64,000 nucleotides of DNA from a virus, in the IMG/VR virus record IMGVR_UViG_3300023720_000218; one strand, given 5' to 3'. The notes beneath the pieces are model-generated. The model was not told the origin of the DNA. It did not search any database and saw only the letters and a list, made by a program, of their open reading frames with translations. Made by a program: the position numbers and the translations under genes. Below, one piece after another: positions 9,140-17,196 of this stretch; the stretch's first letter is position 1, and every line of letters starts with the position of its first letter.

Positions 9140-9928
9140 TTATATTGCTGATACGGGAACGGCAAAGCATTTACAATGACCGTGATACGGTGGTAATTTG
9201 TCCCATTCCACATGAAATCCGACTTCATCGTCACAAATGTTACAAGGATAGGAGCTGCCACGCATGACAAAGAACCCTACGGCTCCACAGGCTTTAGCCT
9301 GCAATTCCCAATGCTTCATCCACCCCTCTGCCACAGCATACTCCGTCAAATCTGACAGCGCAGTCCAAGAGCTTACAGTACGTCCTACTCCAAAAGACTC
9401 CTGAACACCGAGTCTTGAAATAATCGGATAACCCTTTGAAATAGCTCTCTGTACATGCTCATTGAGTAATGGCGTTTTTACCGACTGCCTGATAGATGAA
9501 AGTAGTTTGTCTTTGGAAAGGTTTAGTAGTAGTCCGGCGGCAATGGCCGTTTCAACCTCCTTTGAAAACCGGTCAACATATTCTCTTGCGCGTTGCGTGA
9601 AGGTTTTGCTGTATGATTCTCGCGTTATATATGTTATGATTGCATCCTTATTATCCTCATGTATCGCTACTGCCAAAGTATAAGTATAGTCTTCAATTAT
9701 TTCAAGAAGGGATAAAATAATGGCATCCACTTCCTCCTGCAACTGTCTGTTTGCTGAAAAACGGAACAGTTCAGGGCTGATCTTGTACCGGTATGAAATA
9801 TCTATAATTTGCTTTGCTGCCTCGATCATTACAATTTGAAGATTGGTACGCATGGATAGCTCCGCATCCAAACGTTGACGGAGGTATTCTTTGGTCTCTT
9901 CAATTTCCTTATCAGTCGGTACCCTCAT
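9140..9928 (-). CDS. head morphogenesis protein (Mu gpF / SPP1 gp7 family)
   Basis: 262-aa ORF whose C-terminus …KLPPYHGHCKCFAVPV matches the conserved HPNCRC-type motif that ends Phage_Mu_F domain proteins. Confidence 0.55.
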   Translation of the reverse strand: MRVPTDKEIEETKEYLRQRLDAELSMRTNLQIVMIEAAKQIIDISYRYKISPELFRFSANRQLQEEVDAIILSLLEIIEDYTYTLAVAIHEDNKDAIITYITRESYSKTFTQRAREYVDRFSKEVETAIAAGLLLNLSKDKLLSSIRQSVKTPLLNEHVQRAISKGYPIISRLGVQESFGVGRTVSSWTALSDLTEYAVAEGWMKHWELQAKACGAVGFFVMRGSSYPCNICDDEVGFHVEWDKLPPYHGHCKCFAVPVSAI

Positions 9929-10319
9929 TTTTATGTTCCTCCTTAATACTTTCCTTTATGCTATTCATGTTTCTTTCTTCTTCCAGTATTTTGGCATCAT
10001 CTTCCGGTGATACTGGTTTCTGCAAGCCTCGTAGCCGTTCGGTAAGATCAGAATAGCTTTTAAAAAACTCTTCCATAAACTTAACATCGGGGGTTGCGTT
10101 ACTAATAAGGAAACAGACTTTGATCCATGTTTCCAAATATTCGCGAAGTTCCTTATTGTTGGCTAATTCCCGAATCCGGGAGAACATTCCGTTGTCATCC
10201 CGAAAACGCATACTCCAAAAACCTGACACTGCCTTAATGCTGATCCAGTCATGTTCACTACCATTATCCCTCGTAACAATAAAGTTACCTACCTGAATAC
10301 CATTTGTTTTTTTGCTCAT
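9912..10319 (-). CDS. hypothetical protein
   Basis: 135-aa ORF in a tightly overlapping minus-strand operon (9912-12774). Confidence 0.3.
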   Translation of the reverse strand: MSKKTNGIQVGNFIVTRDNGSEHDWISIKAVSGFWSMRFRDDNGMFSRIRELANNKELREYLETWIKVCFLISNATPDVKFMEEFFKSYSDLTERLRGLQKPVSPEDDAKILEEERNMNSIKESIKEEHKNEGTD

Positions 10320-10702
10320 AATCCTATTTTCAATTTACGTTCAAATCTATCTCCATGATTAAAAAAGTATTCCTTACCGTAAGAGTTTATACGCTCTTCA
10401 TCCGATGATACTTTATTCATTTCATAAATCAAACAACTATACCTATCATCATCAGGAAGAAGTCCTTTGCATTCTTCTCTGATATAAATATGATGCTTCC
10501 CATTTACCCAATAAAATTCAGAGAGAAATCCACCAAGAAGCATTTCAATCATTTTTTGGTGCCTGACAGACAATTCTCCTTGCACTGCTATATCCATTGC
10601 AATACTCTTACCTTCTATTGTCTTCAATTCACATGAATAGTTCAAGGCTCGAAGGATAGACATCAGCTCAACACTTAACTCTATGTGATTCATATTTTTC
10701 AT
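10316..10702 (-). CDS. hypothetical protein
   Basis: 128-aa ORF with start/stop overlaps to its neighbours. Confidence 0.3.
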   Translation of the reverse strand: MKNMNHIELSVELMSILRALNYSCELKTIEGKSIAMDIAVQGELSVRHQKMIEMLLGGFLSEFYWVNGKHHIYIREECKGLLPDDDRYSCLIYEMNKVSSDEERINSYGKEYFFNHGDRFERKLKIGL

Positions 10703-10935
10703 ACTTTTACTATTTCAAATTCATCTGCATGTTCCTTACCAATCCAATCCCGTTTCTGATTTTCAGTTGCGGTTTCGTAGATTCTTCCTCGCTTAGACAA
10801 ATGCCTTTTCCTAAAAATATCTTCTTCTCCAAGTTTGTCATAATCTCTTCTTGAAGGGGATAATCCCTTTGCCCTGCAAAAGAACAATCCCGTTTCCTTG
10901 TGTCTAAATTTTACTGCCATGCTTATTCCTCCCAT
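10699..10935 (-). CDS. hypothetical basic protein
   Basis: 78-aa ORF with overlapping stop codons in the operon. Confidence 0.25.
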   Translation of the reverse strand: MGGISMAVKFRHKETGLFFCRAKGLSPSRRDYDKLGEEDIFRKRHLSKRGRIYETATENQKRDWIGKEHADEFEIVKV

Positions 10936-11105
10936 GGATTTTCGTCTTCTTCCTCAACGTAAATCCGTTTTAATTTGTCTGATACTTCTTCAAGCTCACG
11001 CTTCATTTGATTTACATGAAATCCAGCTGGCATAGGGATTTCTAATGTTCCCCGTAGGTTATCTATTCTTTCAATAACCTCTGCAAATTCATCCGGTGCG
11101 ATCAT
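10923..11105 (-). CDS. hypothetical acidic protein
   Basis: 60-aa ORF immediately downstream of the primase/helicase gene. Confidence 0.25.
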   Translation of the reverse strand: MIAPDEFAEVIERIDNLRGTLEIPMPAGFHVNQMKRELEEVSDKLKRIYVEEEDENPWEE

Positions 11106-11106
11106 A

Positions 11107-12744
11107 CTATTTGGTTCTTATTTTTAATTGTTTGATAATCTTCTCCACAGCGTCCAAGTCAAAAACTGTTGTTCTTTTCTCCATGTGGTACGTCCCTTCC
11201 AGTTTCTTCTCCCGGAACAAACGCTGAACTTGATAAATGCTTAATGACAAGCAAGCCGCAAGTCCTTCATGGGTATAGGCATATCGTTTGCCATCTTTGT
11301 AAACCGGTTTGGCGATCCTTTGCTTATAGTTGCCCCGTAAGTCTTCCCGTTTCTCATAATAGAGTTTTTCCGTCAAGGCTGTTCCATATAAGCCATATAC
11401 CTGACCGTTCGGGGTTCTTTTTTTGCGATAACCGGCTTCCGAAAGAATACGTCCGAATACTGTCACATTCTCTTCTTTGGCATTATTGTCCCTACACCAT
11501 TTGCAATATTTCCGGTACAGAATGGCCGAAGACATCCATTTGGGTTCAATATCAGCAATTTCCTCATAGCGGCACAGATAGTTCATTTGATACATGAACT
11601 TCATTACGGTACTACTTTCCGACTGATATTCATCCATGACATTTTCAAGCTCCTTACTGTCTGTCAACTTATAACCATTGGCGATAAAACGGTCACGTCC
11701 TTCCAATATCCAATTGAATATAGCTGGGTATTCGGCCTCCAAATCCCGTGACAGTTCTTTTTTCTGCCGGGCTTTGGGTATCTCCACCTCAAAGGGAATA
11801 ATGCAAATACGCCGCCTCATTCCATAGCTCCAGTCTTTCAAATACGGCATTTGGTTGGCATTTGCCATAAGCAGAAGAATATTGTAAGCAGTGAAGTTAT
11901 CGCCATAGATAGGCCGGGCTTCGGTAGGTTCACCACTGATAAGGCTCTTCAACGTGTCACTATCCTTACCAAACTCTAACGCTTGTATTTCAGAACAGTA
12001 GTTCAACCGCTTGCCATTAATGAAAGCGATATTTTTTTTTCTCTCATTTCCAGTAATCAATGCACCTATGCCGAAATTGCTGACATTCTCCCGGCCAAGT
12101 ATGCCCATGATCGTTTCAAAGACTACACTTTTGCCATTGGAGCCGGAGCCACGAAGAACAAGCATAGTTTCCATTTTCGCCACACGCCGGTCAACAAAAA
12201 TACTTCCAAGAAACTCCTGCAAAACTTTTTGCATGTTTTTGTCCGGCAAAACTTCATCCAGGAACATTCTCCAAAGAAAGACATGCTCTTCCGGCTTGTA
12301 GTCATAGGGAACACATGTAGTCTGTACCCAACGGCGGTTGAAAGAATGTGCACGGCGAGCATTCATATCAAACACACAGTTATTGAACACCACAATGGCA
12401 TTATCAGGCTTCAAGGCTTTTCCTGCCACCACACGCTTACAGACTTTCAGTACACCCTCCACACGGGAATAATCACCATTGGGCATTTTGCATTTACGCA
12501 TCAAGTCATATATCAGATTGCCAAAATCATCCCATGCCATCTCTTCATATATCCGGCCACTGAAATAGTAAGGCGTACCATTGAACTTACAAATCGAAGA
12601 TCGTATAATGGCTGCACGCATCAAGTCCTGCACAGCGTCAACACGCGCTGCACTTTTGGACTCTTGTAAGGCGGCATCCAGTTTCTCGCCTTTCATAAGC
12701 CCGAAGACCTCATTTAACAACTTCCTATACTTTCCCTTCTCCAT
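11107..12744 (-). CDS. phage/plasmid primase, P4-family C-terminal domain with SF3 (D5-like) helicase NTPase
   Basis: Walker A LRGSGSNGKSVVFETI and Walker B-like LLLMANANQMP. It is about 545 aa and sits next to the iteron region. Start taken at MEKGKYRKL (ATG at 12744); an upstream in-frame ATG at 12774 is also possible. Confidence 0.65.
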   Translation of the reverse strand: MEKGKYRKLLNEVFGLMKGEKLDAALQESKSAARVDAVQDLMRAAIIRSSICKFNGTPYYFSGRIYEEMAWDDFGNLIYDLMRKCKMPNGDYSRVEGVLKVCKRVVAGKALKPDNAIVVFNNCVFDMNARRAHSFNRRWVQTTCVPYDYKPEEHVFLWRMFLDEVLPDKNMQKVLQEFLGSIFVDRRVAKMETMLVLRGSGSNGKSVVFETIMGILGRENVSNFGIGALITGNERKKNIAFINGKRLNYCSEIQALEFGKDSDTLKSLISGEPTEARPIYGDNFTAYNILLLMANANQMPYLKDWSYGMRRRICIIPFEVEIPKARQKKELSRDLEAEYPAIFNWILEGRDRFIANGYKLTDSKELENVMDEYQSESSTVMKFMYQMNYLCRYEEIADIEPKWMSSAILYRKYCKWCRDNNAKEENVTVFGRILSEAGYRKKRTPNGQVYGLYGTALTEKLYYEKREDLRGNYKQRIAKPVYKDGKRYAYTHEGLAACLSLSIYQVQRLFREKKLEGTYHMEKRTTVFDLDAVEKIIKQLKIRTK

Positions 12745-12751
12745 GTACAAT

Positions 12752-13015
12752 CTATGAATTTGAATACCCGGCACGGGTTAAGGCCTCAACCATATATACT
12801 GACAGATTATTTATAGCAACATCTCCTGAATATCCAAATCGCCACAAATCAGTACGCCAGTCCTCTAAAGATGTGTCACAAGGTATATGATATTTTTGCA
12901 TAATATCTCGCATCACCGCACAATCTTCATATCTTTCCTCTTCCTGCGCTTTTCTGAACACAGAAACAAAAACGTATCGCCCATAATCAAACAATATAGA
13001 CTCAAACTTATTCAT
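12752..13015 (-). CDS. hypothetical protein
   Basis: 87-aa ORF between the iteron region and the primase gene. Confidence 0.3.
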   Translation of the reverse strand: MNKFESILFDYGRYVFVSVFRKAQEEERYEDCAVMRDIMQKYHIPCDTSLEDWRTDLWRFGYSGDVAINNLSVYMVEALTRAGYSNS

Positions 13016-13318
13016 ACCACCGTTTTTATACCCGAAAACAAAGCATTTCTACTGTTTTTATGCTATTTTTCAAGTGTTTTATGCCACAAATATAGCTTAT
13101 TTTCTACATAATTACCATATAAATACTATTATTTTCTACTTAAAATATAGAATAAACACGCTTTTTTGAAGTCTTTTTGCCATGTTTTTATTCGTTGCAT
13201 CATTGAAGACCAATAATCGCAAAATATTGATAAACAAAGGATAACTACTCTATTTCAATAGGAAATACAGATGGAACATTCTCTCTGATATGTATGGTTT
13301 ATGTAGGGTTTTAAAGGC

Positions 13319-13552
13319 AACTATACATATATAACATATTGAAATACAAATCAATGGAAAAATAGTGCATAGTATGTATAGTTTTTTATGCAAACCATAT
13401 TATATATATTTTTTTCCCATACGCAATTTACATATAAACTATACATACTATACATTAAATTTCCATTGACCTAATAATGAATGATTTACACATGTATAGT
13501 TATGAAGTAAACTATACATATACTATACATTTTCAGAAGTAAAACTATACAT
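13319..13552. repeat. iteron cluster: at least 9 copies of (A)ACTATACAT in both orientations; candidate replication origin
   Basis: Forward copies at 13319, 13437, 13447, 13510, 13522 and 13543. Reverse copies (ATGTATAGTT) at 13374 and 13492, plus a 1.5-copy at 13366-13383. The cluster lies in a 750-bp AT-rich non-coding gap upstream of the primase/helicase operon. Confidence 0.5.
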
Positions 13553-13775
13553 CGGACATTCACTTTTGTAATTTATCATTGGAAAAGCCTTAAAAACATC
13601 CATTATTGGCTCCAAAAAAGAAAAAAAAATAAAAATCTTGACCGGGATTGAAACATGCTTGGTGTCTTGGGTAGCCGGGGGGGGGTGCCCTCCCTGCTTT
13701 CATTATCCAGTTGACCGGCAAAGAAGGAGAAAAGCCGCGCTTTGCCTTGATTCTCTTTATATTATACCTATAATA

Positions 13776-14411
13776 TTAAATATTATCCGGCTTTTCCGCT
13801 TCTTCTGCTTTCCGTTTTGCTCGATCAGCTATAAAAAGGCTGCATCTATAACATTGCAAAGGCAGATAATAATGTACTGTTTCCTCTTCTTCTGTATTTT
13901 CGTCCTTCTTCATCTGTTGTAAATCGGCTATTTTCATTAATACATCCGCGCGATCTTTCCCCCTTAAATAAGGTAGGGTTTGTTCGAGACCTGATAAAAC
14001 CGCGTCTTTATCCCGATATTGTACAACATTCCCGGCTTTTTCTTCCTCTTCTGCTTCTGTGTTTTTCTTTTTCTTCTTGCTTTTGGTGCTATCATTGTCA
14101 GGAAGGAAGGCCGCGCGGTTATCTTCAAAAGATCGTATAAGCTTATTAATACCGGGTTTATCCTTTGCAAGTTGGGCGGCTCCGCGTTGCGCCGTTTCTA
14201 TTTTGGTTGATCGTGGTCTAAATATAGTTGCGTATGCTTCGCCACGACTGGCGCCGGATGCTACAAGCATACAAAAGAAAACATCATCCGGGTTTAATTG
14301 ATAAATTTGCTGTAAATCTGTTACGCGCTTACTATACACCATATAAAACGATATAAAAGGGTTTATTATATTGGCGTCTCGCGCTCTGTAACTTGCTACA
14401 AAGTTAAACAA
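13776..14411 (-). CDS. hypothetical Lys/Glu-rich protein
   Basis: 211-aa ORF at the first position of the CpG-rich module. Confidence 0.35.
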   Translation of the reverse strand: MFNFVASYRARDANIINPFISFYMVYSKRVTDLQQIYQLNPDDVFFCMLVASGASRGEAYATIFRPRSTKIETAQRGAAQLAKDKPGINKLIRSFEDNRAAFLPDNDSTKSKKKKKNTEAEEEEKAGNVVQYRDKDAVLSGLEQTLPYLRGKDRADVLMKIADLQQMKKDENTEEEETVHYYLPLQCYRCSLFIADRAKRKAEEAEKPDNI

Positions 14412-14692
14412 AGGCTATAAATAAAGCAAATAAGCATATTTAGATGTTTACATCTATAAATATTTCCTTACTTCTTAAATGCTTTATATTTATTCCCTTG
14501 TTGTTATATAATATACTGATAATCAATATATTATACAAGTATTAATAAATGCAAAAAATGGAGTGTTTCCTTAAAAATAAAGATACATTTTGTTTTGTAT
14601 TACAAATATTATTCGTATCTTTGTAATACAGAAAAGGAGATAAACGGTTAACGTCTTCCACACTTTCCCGTTTTTACTTCTTCTTTGGTTGA

Positions 14693-14956
14693 ATGTTTAA
14701 TTTAAAATATAAGATCATGGAAGTATTACTAAACTTACAAAACAAAAATGTAACGCTAAACGCCGTACATGTAGCCCCGGAGGGCACAAACTGTTGCAAC
14801 CGTTTAAAGGTTCATTTTGATGTATTTCAGGAAACAGCGAAAAAAGCCGCTATTATAAGACTATCGACGGCAAACAGTTTTGAACTGATTCACTATCAAG
14901 ATAAACATATAGCGTTATTAATACCTTTTGATCGCATTCAAAAGATTTCATACTAA
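14693..14956 (+). CDS. hypothetical protein
   Basis: 87-aa ORF preceded by the repeat CGGTTAACGTCTTCCACA (14646-14663). Confidence 0.3.
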   Translation: MFNLKYKIMEVLLNLQNKNVTLNAVHVAPEGTNCCNRLKVHFDVFQETAKKAAIIRLSTANSFELIHYQDKHIALLIPFDRIQKISY

Positions 14957-15098
14957 TAAAAAAAGCCGGATCAGTGCGTTAACTTCTCCGGCCTCCCTTT
15001 AAACTTTGCGTTTATCGGTTAACGTCTTCCACAACGTTAAATGCAAAGTTAAGGGAAAAACAAAGACAAACCAAGTTTCACCCTTTAATTTTTGCGTT

Positions 15099-15380
15099 AT
15101 GAACACAGATTTATTAATTATCTACATTCGCAATTCTCGCGATATTTACGCGCTTACTGAATGGTTGCAAAATGCACTTTTGAAAAAAGTAAACCGCGGT
15201 TTAACTCCTTCCGTTGAATATCTTGCAAACTGTTCCACTATGAAAAAGATCGTCCGGATGGCTGCAAAAATGCTTTCCGATCAGGATCATAAGACCGCAA
15301 CCAAGCAAGAAAAAGAACAAGCGGCAAGAGAACACGCGGCCTATATTATCGGATGCGTGGAATATCTTTCTAAATTCTAA
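15099..15380 (+). CDS. hypothetical protein
   Basis: Start placed at MNTDLL because the conserved upstream motif CCCTTTAATTTTTGCGTTATG abuts this ATG. The ORF track reports a longer frame from 15006. Confidence 0.35.
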   Translation: MNTDLLIIYIRNSRDIYALTEWLQNALLKKVNRGLTPSVEYLANCSTMKKIVRMAAKMLSDQDHKTATKQEKEQAAREHAAYIIGCVEYLSKF

Positions 15381-15457
15381 TAATAACTATTTTTCCGGGG
15401 CTGTCATGGCTCCGGGTTACTTCTTACTTTCATTATTCACCCTTTAAATTTTGTATT

Positions 15458-16351
15458 ATGACAACTACAAATAGACTTTGTTACACAGTATCAAAAAGAT
15501 ATATTCAAGCCGGGACAACCTTTAAAATCAATGTTAAAATATTACTGGCTGATGATTGCAAAAATAATATATGCGATTGGAGTATAACGGCGGATATTTA
15601 CGAACAACGCAAAAACGGGCGTTTCGTTTGGTGTGCTGGTGGTTGCTGCCATGAAGAAATACTAAAGCGTTTCCCACAGTTTAAAATGTTCGTTGATCTT
15701 CATTTGTCTAATCATTACGGCGCGCCAATGTACCCAGTTGAAAACGGGTTTTACCATATTACGAACAGCAGCAAAGAAACTGCAATTAACTATTTGCGTA
15801 TCACGGAAACGGAATATGATTTACTTCATCAGGCAGAAGATAAACAATACTTTAAATACCTCCTTTATATGCTCGGTATCGTTGAACGCTGGAAAAGAGA
15901 ATCTAACGAGGCTTTAAAAAAGCTGGAAGAGTTAACCGGGCAAACATGGGAAAACCCATATAAGCCGGAAAACGAACGTTTTACTTTGAAATTGACGGAC
16001 GAAGAACGTACAACTATAACTAACAGAATAAACGATGGTTATTATCATCCTGAAGCTGTACAAGCGCGAAAAGACGAAGAAAAGCGCAAAGCATACGAGA
16101 AAAAACGCGCTGAAATAATTAACGATTGCAAAAAGAAACAACAAAAGGCCGAAAATGAAAAGCGGGTTATGTTGGCCGTTCTTGATGCCGGGTTATCAGT
16201 TAGTAATGTGATATATTACGATCATAGTAACGAGCTTGTTTTTAATTGGAAAGACTACGAAACAAAAGTAACGGAGAACGATTTTAATAAATTCGTCTCC
16301 AGTGTTAACCGTTCTTTGTTGCCTGCTGGCATAACTTTTAAAATGAAATAG
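15458..16351 (+). CDS. hypothetical protein
   Basis: 297-aa ORF with the same upstream motif (CCCTTTAAATTTTGTATTATG) abutting its ATG. Confidence 0.4.
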   Translation: MTTTNRLCYTVSKRYIQAGTTFKINVKILLADDCKNNICDWSITADIYEQRKNGRFVWCAGGCCHEEILKRFPQFKMFVDLHLSNHYGAPMYPVENGFYHITNSSKETAINYLRITETEYDLLHQAEDKQYFKYLLYMLGIVERWKRESNEALKKLEELTGQTWENPYKPENERFTLKLTDEERTTITNRINDGYYHPEAVQARKDEEKRKAYEKKRAEIINDCKKKQQKAENEKRVMLAVLDAGLSVSNVIYYDHSNELVFNWKDYETKVTENDFNKFVSSVNRSLLPAGITFKMK

Positions 16352-17051
16352 CCTTATGAAAGTACGTAGAATAACAAAAGAAGAAGGAAAACGGGTGAAT
16401 ATATCCCGTTTCCCGAACTTTCATAAATCCGGCAGTATTAGAGGAATAAAAAAACAGTATTACGGCGTTGCCGCGCTGCTGGTGCGTTGTGGAAGCTATA
16501 TATATAACGTAACATCAGAACCAAACATTTATTATAATGCTAAATAATTAAGAATATGTTTTGTTTAATGCTGCTTTTGTTCGGTGCCGTGGTGTTTATC
16601 TCCGGCACCGATCCCAAGAAACTAAAAGACTTCATAAATAAAAACGATCAATCAGACAAATTTTAAATTTATGGAGAAAAAGATATTATATCATATTGGA
16701 TTATACGGATTTAGAAAACTTATAGTTTATGTGATAAAGGATAACGGGGATAATACATCTATTGTTAGCCTTAACAAAGACGGTTCATTTCCTAAACACG
16801 TTTGGAACTGTAATTTGCATAACATAAACGAATAATACAAATACTCCACCGCGCCGGGCGGTTTCCCGGCATTCCTTTAAACTTTGATATTATGACTACT
16901 TATATAATAGAATCCCCAAACGGAGAAACGCACAAATTAGAAGTATTCCGCACCGCAACCGGATTTAGTGTTTATGTTGATGGCTCAAATATATGTGAGA
17001 GTATAACGGAGGAAGATTTTTTGCAAGAGCTTGAAAACCCTACTTCCTAAC

Positions 17052-17192
17052 ATGGTGGGCGTAATTATTTGGCTAATAGTAGTTTTATTAATCTGCTTTA
17101 GCGTGTTTGGCGGTCTTTGGCTGCTTCCTATTTACTTGCTTTTTTGCCTTGCTTTAGGCTTTTACTTTGGTGTAAAATATCTAACTATTTAA
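17052..17192 (+). CDS. small hydrophobic two-helix membrane peptide (46 aa); a paralogue is at 61569..61709
   Basis: MVGVIIWLIVVLLICFSVFGGLWLLPIYLLFCLALGFYFGVKYLTI. It is too short for the ORF track. The second copy is MLGVLVWIVVILLICFSVFGGPCLLPLYVLFVVVVGFYFGVKYLDI. Confidence 0.4.
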   Translation: MVGVIIWLIVVLLICFSVFGGLWLLPIYLLFCLALGFYFGVKYLTI

Positions 17193-17196
17193 TGTT

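Noticed and set aside
12036-12046. T9-10 homopolymer inside the primase/helicase gene, and the A9 run at 13622-13630
   Set aside because: Long A/T runs are expected in this AT-rich genome and the primase run is in-frame (KKKN). Not treated as equivalent to the G/C tracts.
13638-13922. 94-aa plus-strand ORF spanning the G9 tract
   Set aside because: Starts in the non-coding origin-proximal region and runs antisense into the 13776..14411 gene. There is no RBS, and it is composed of low-complexity sequence.
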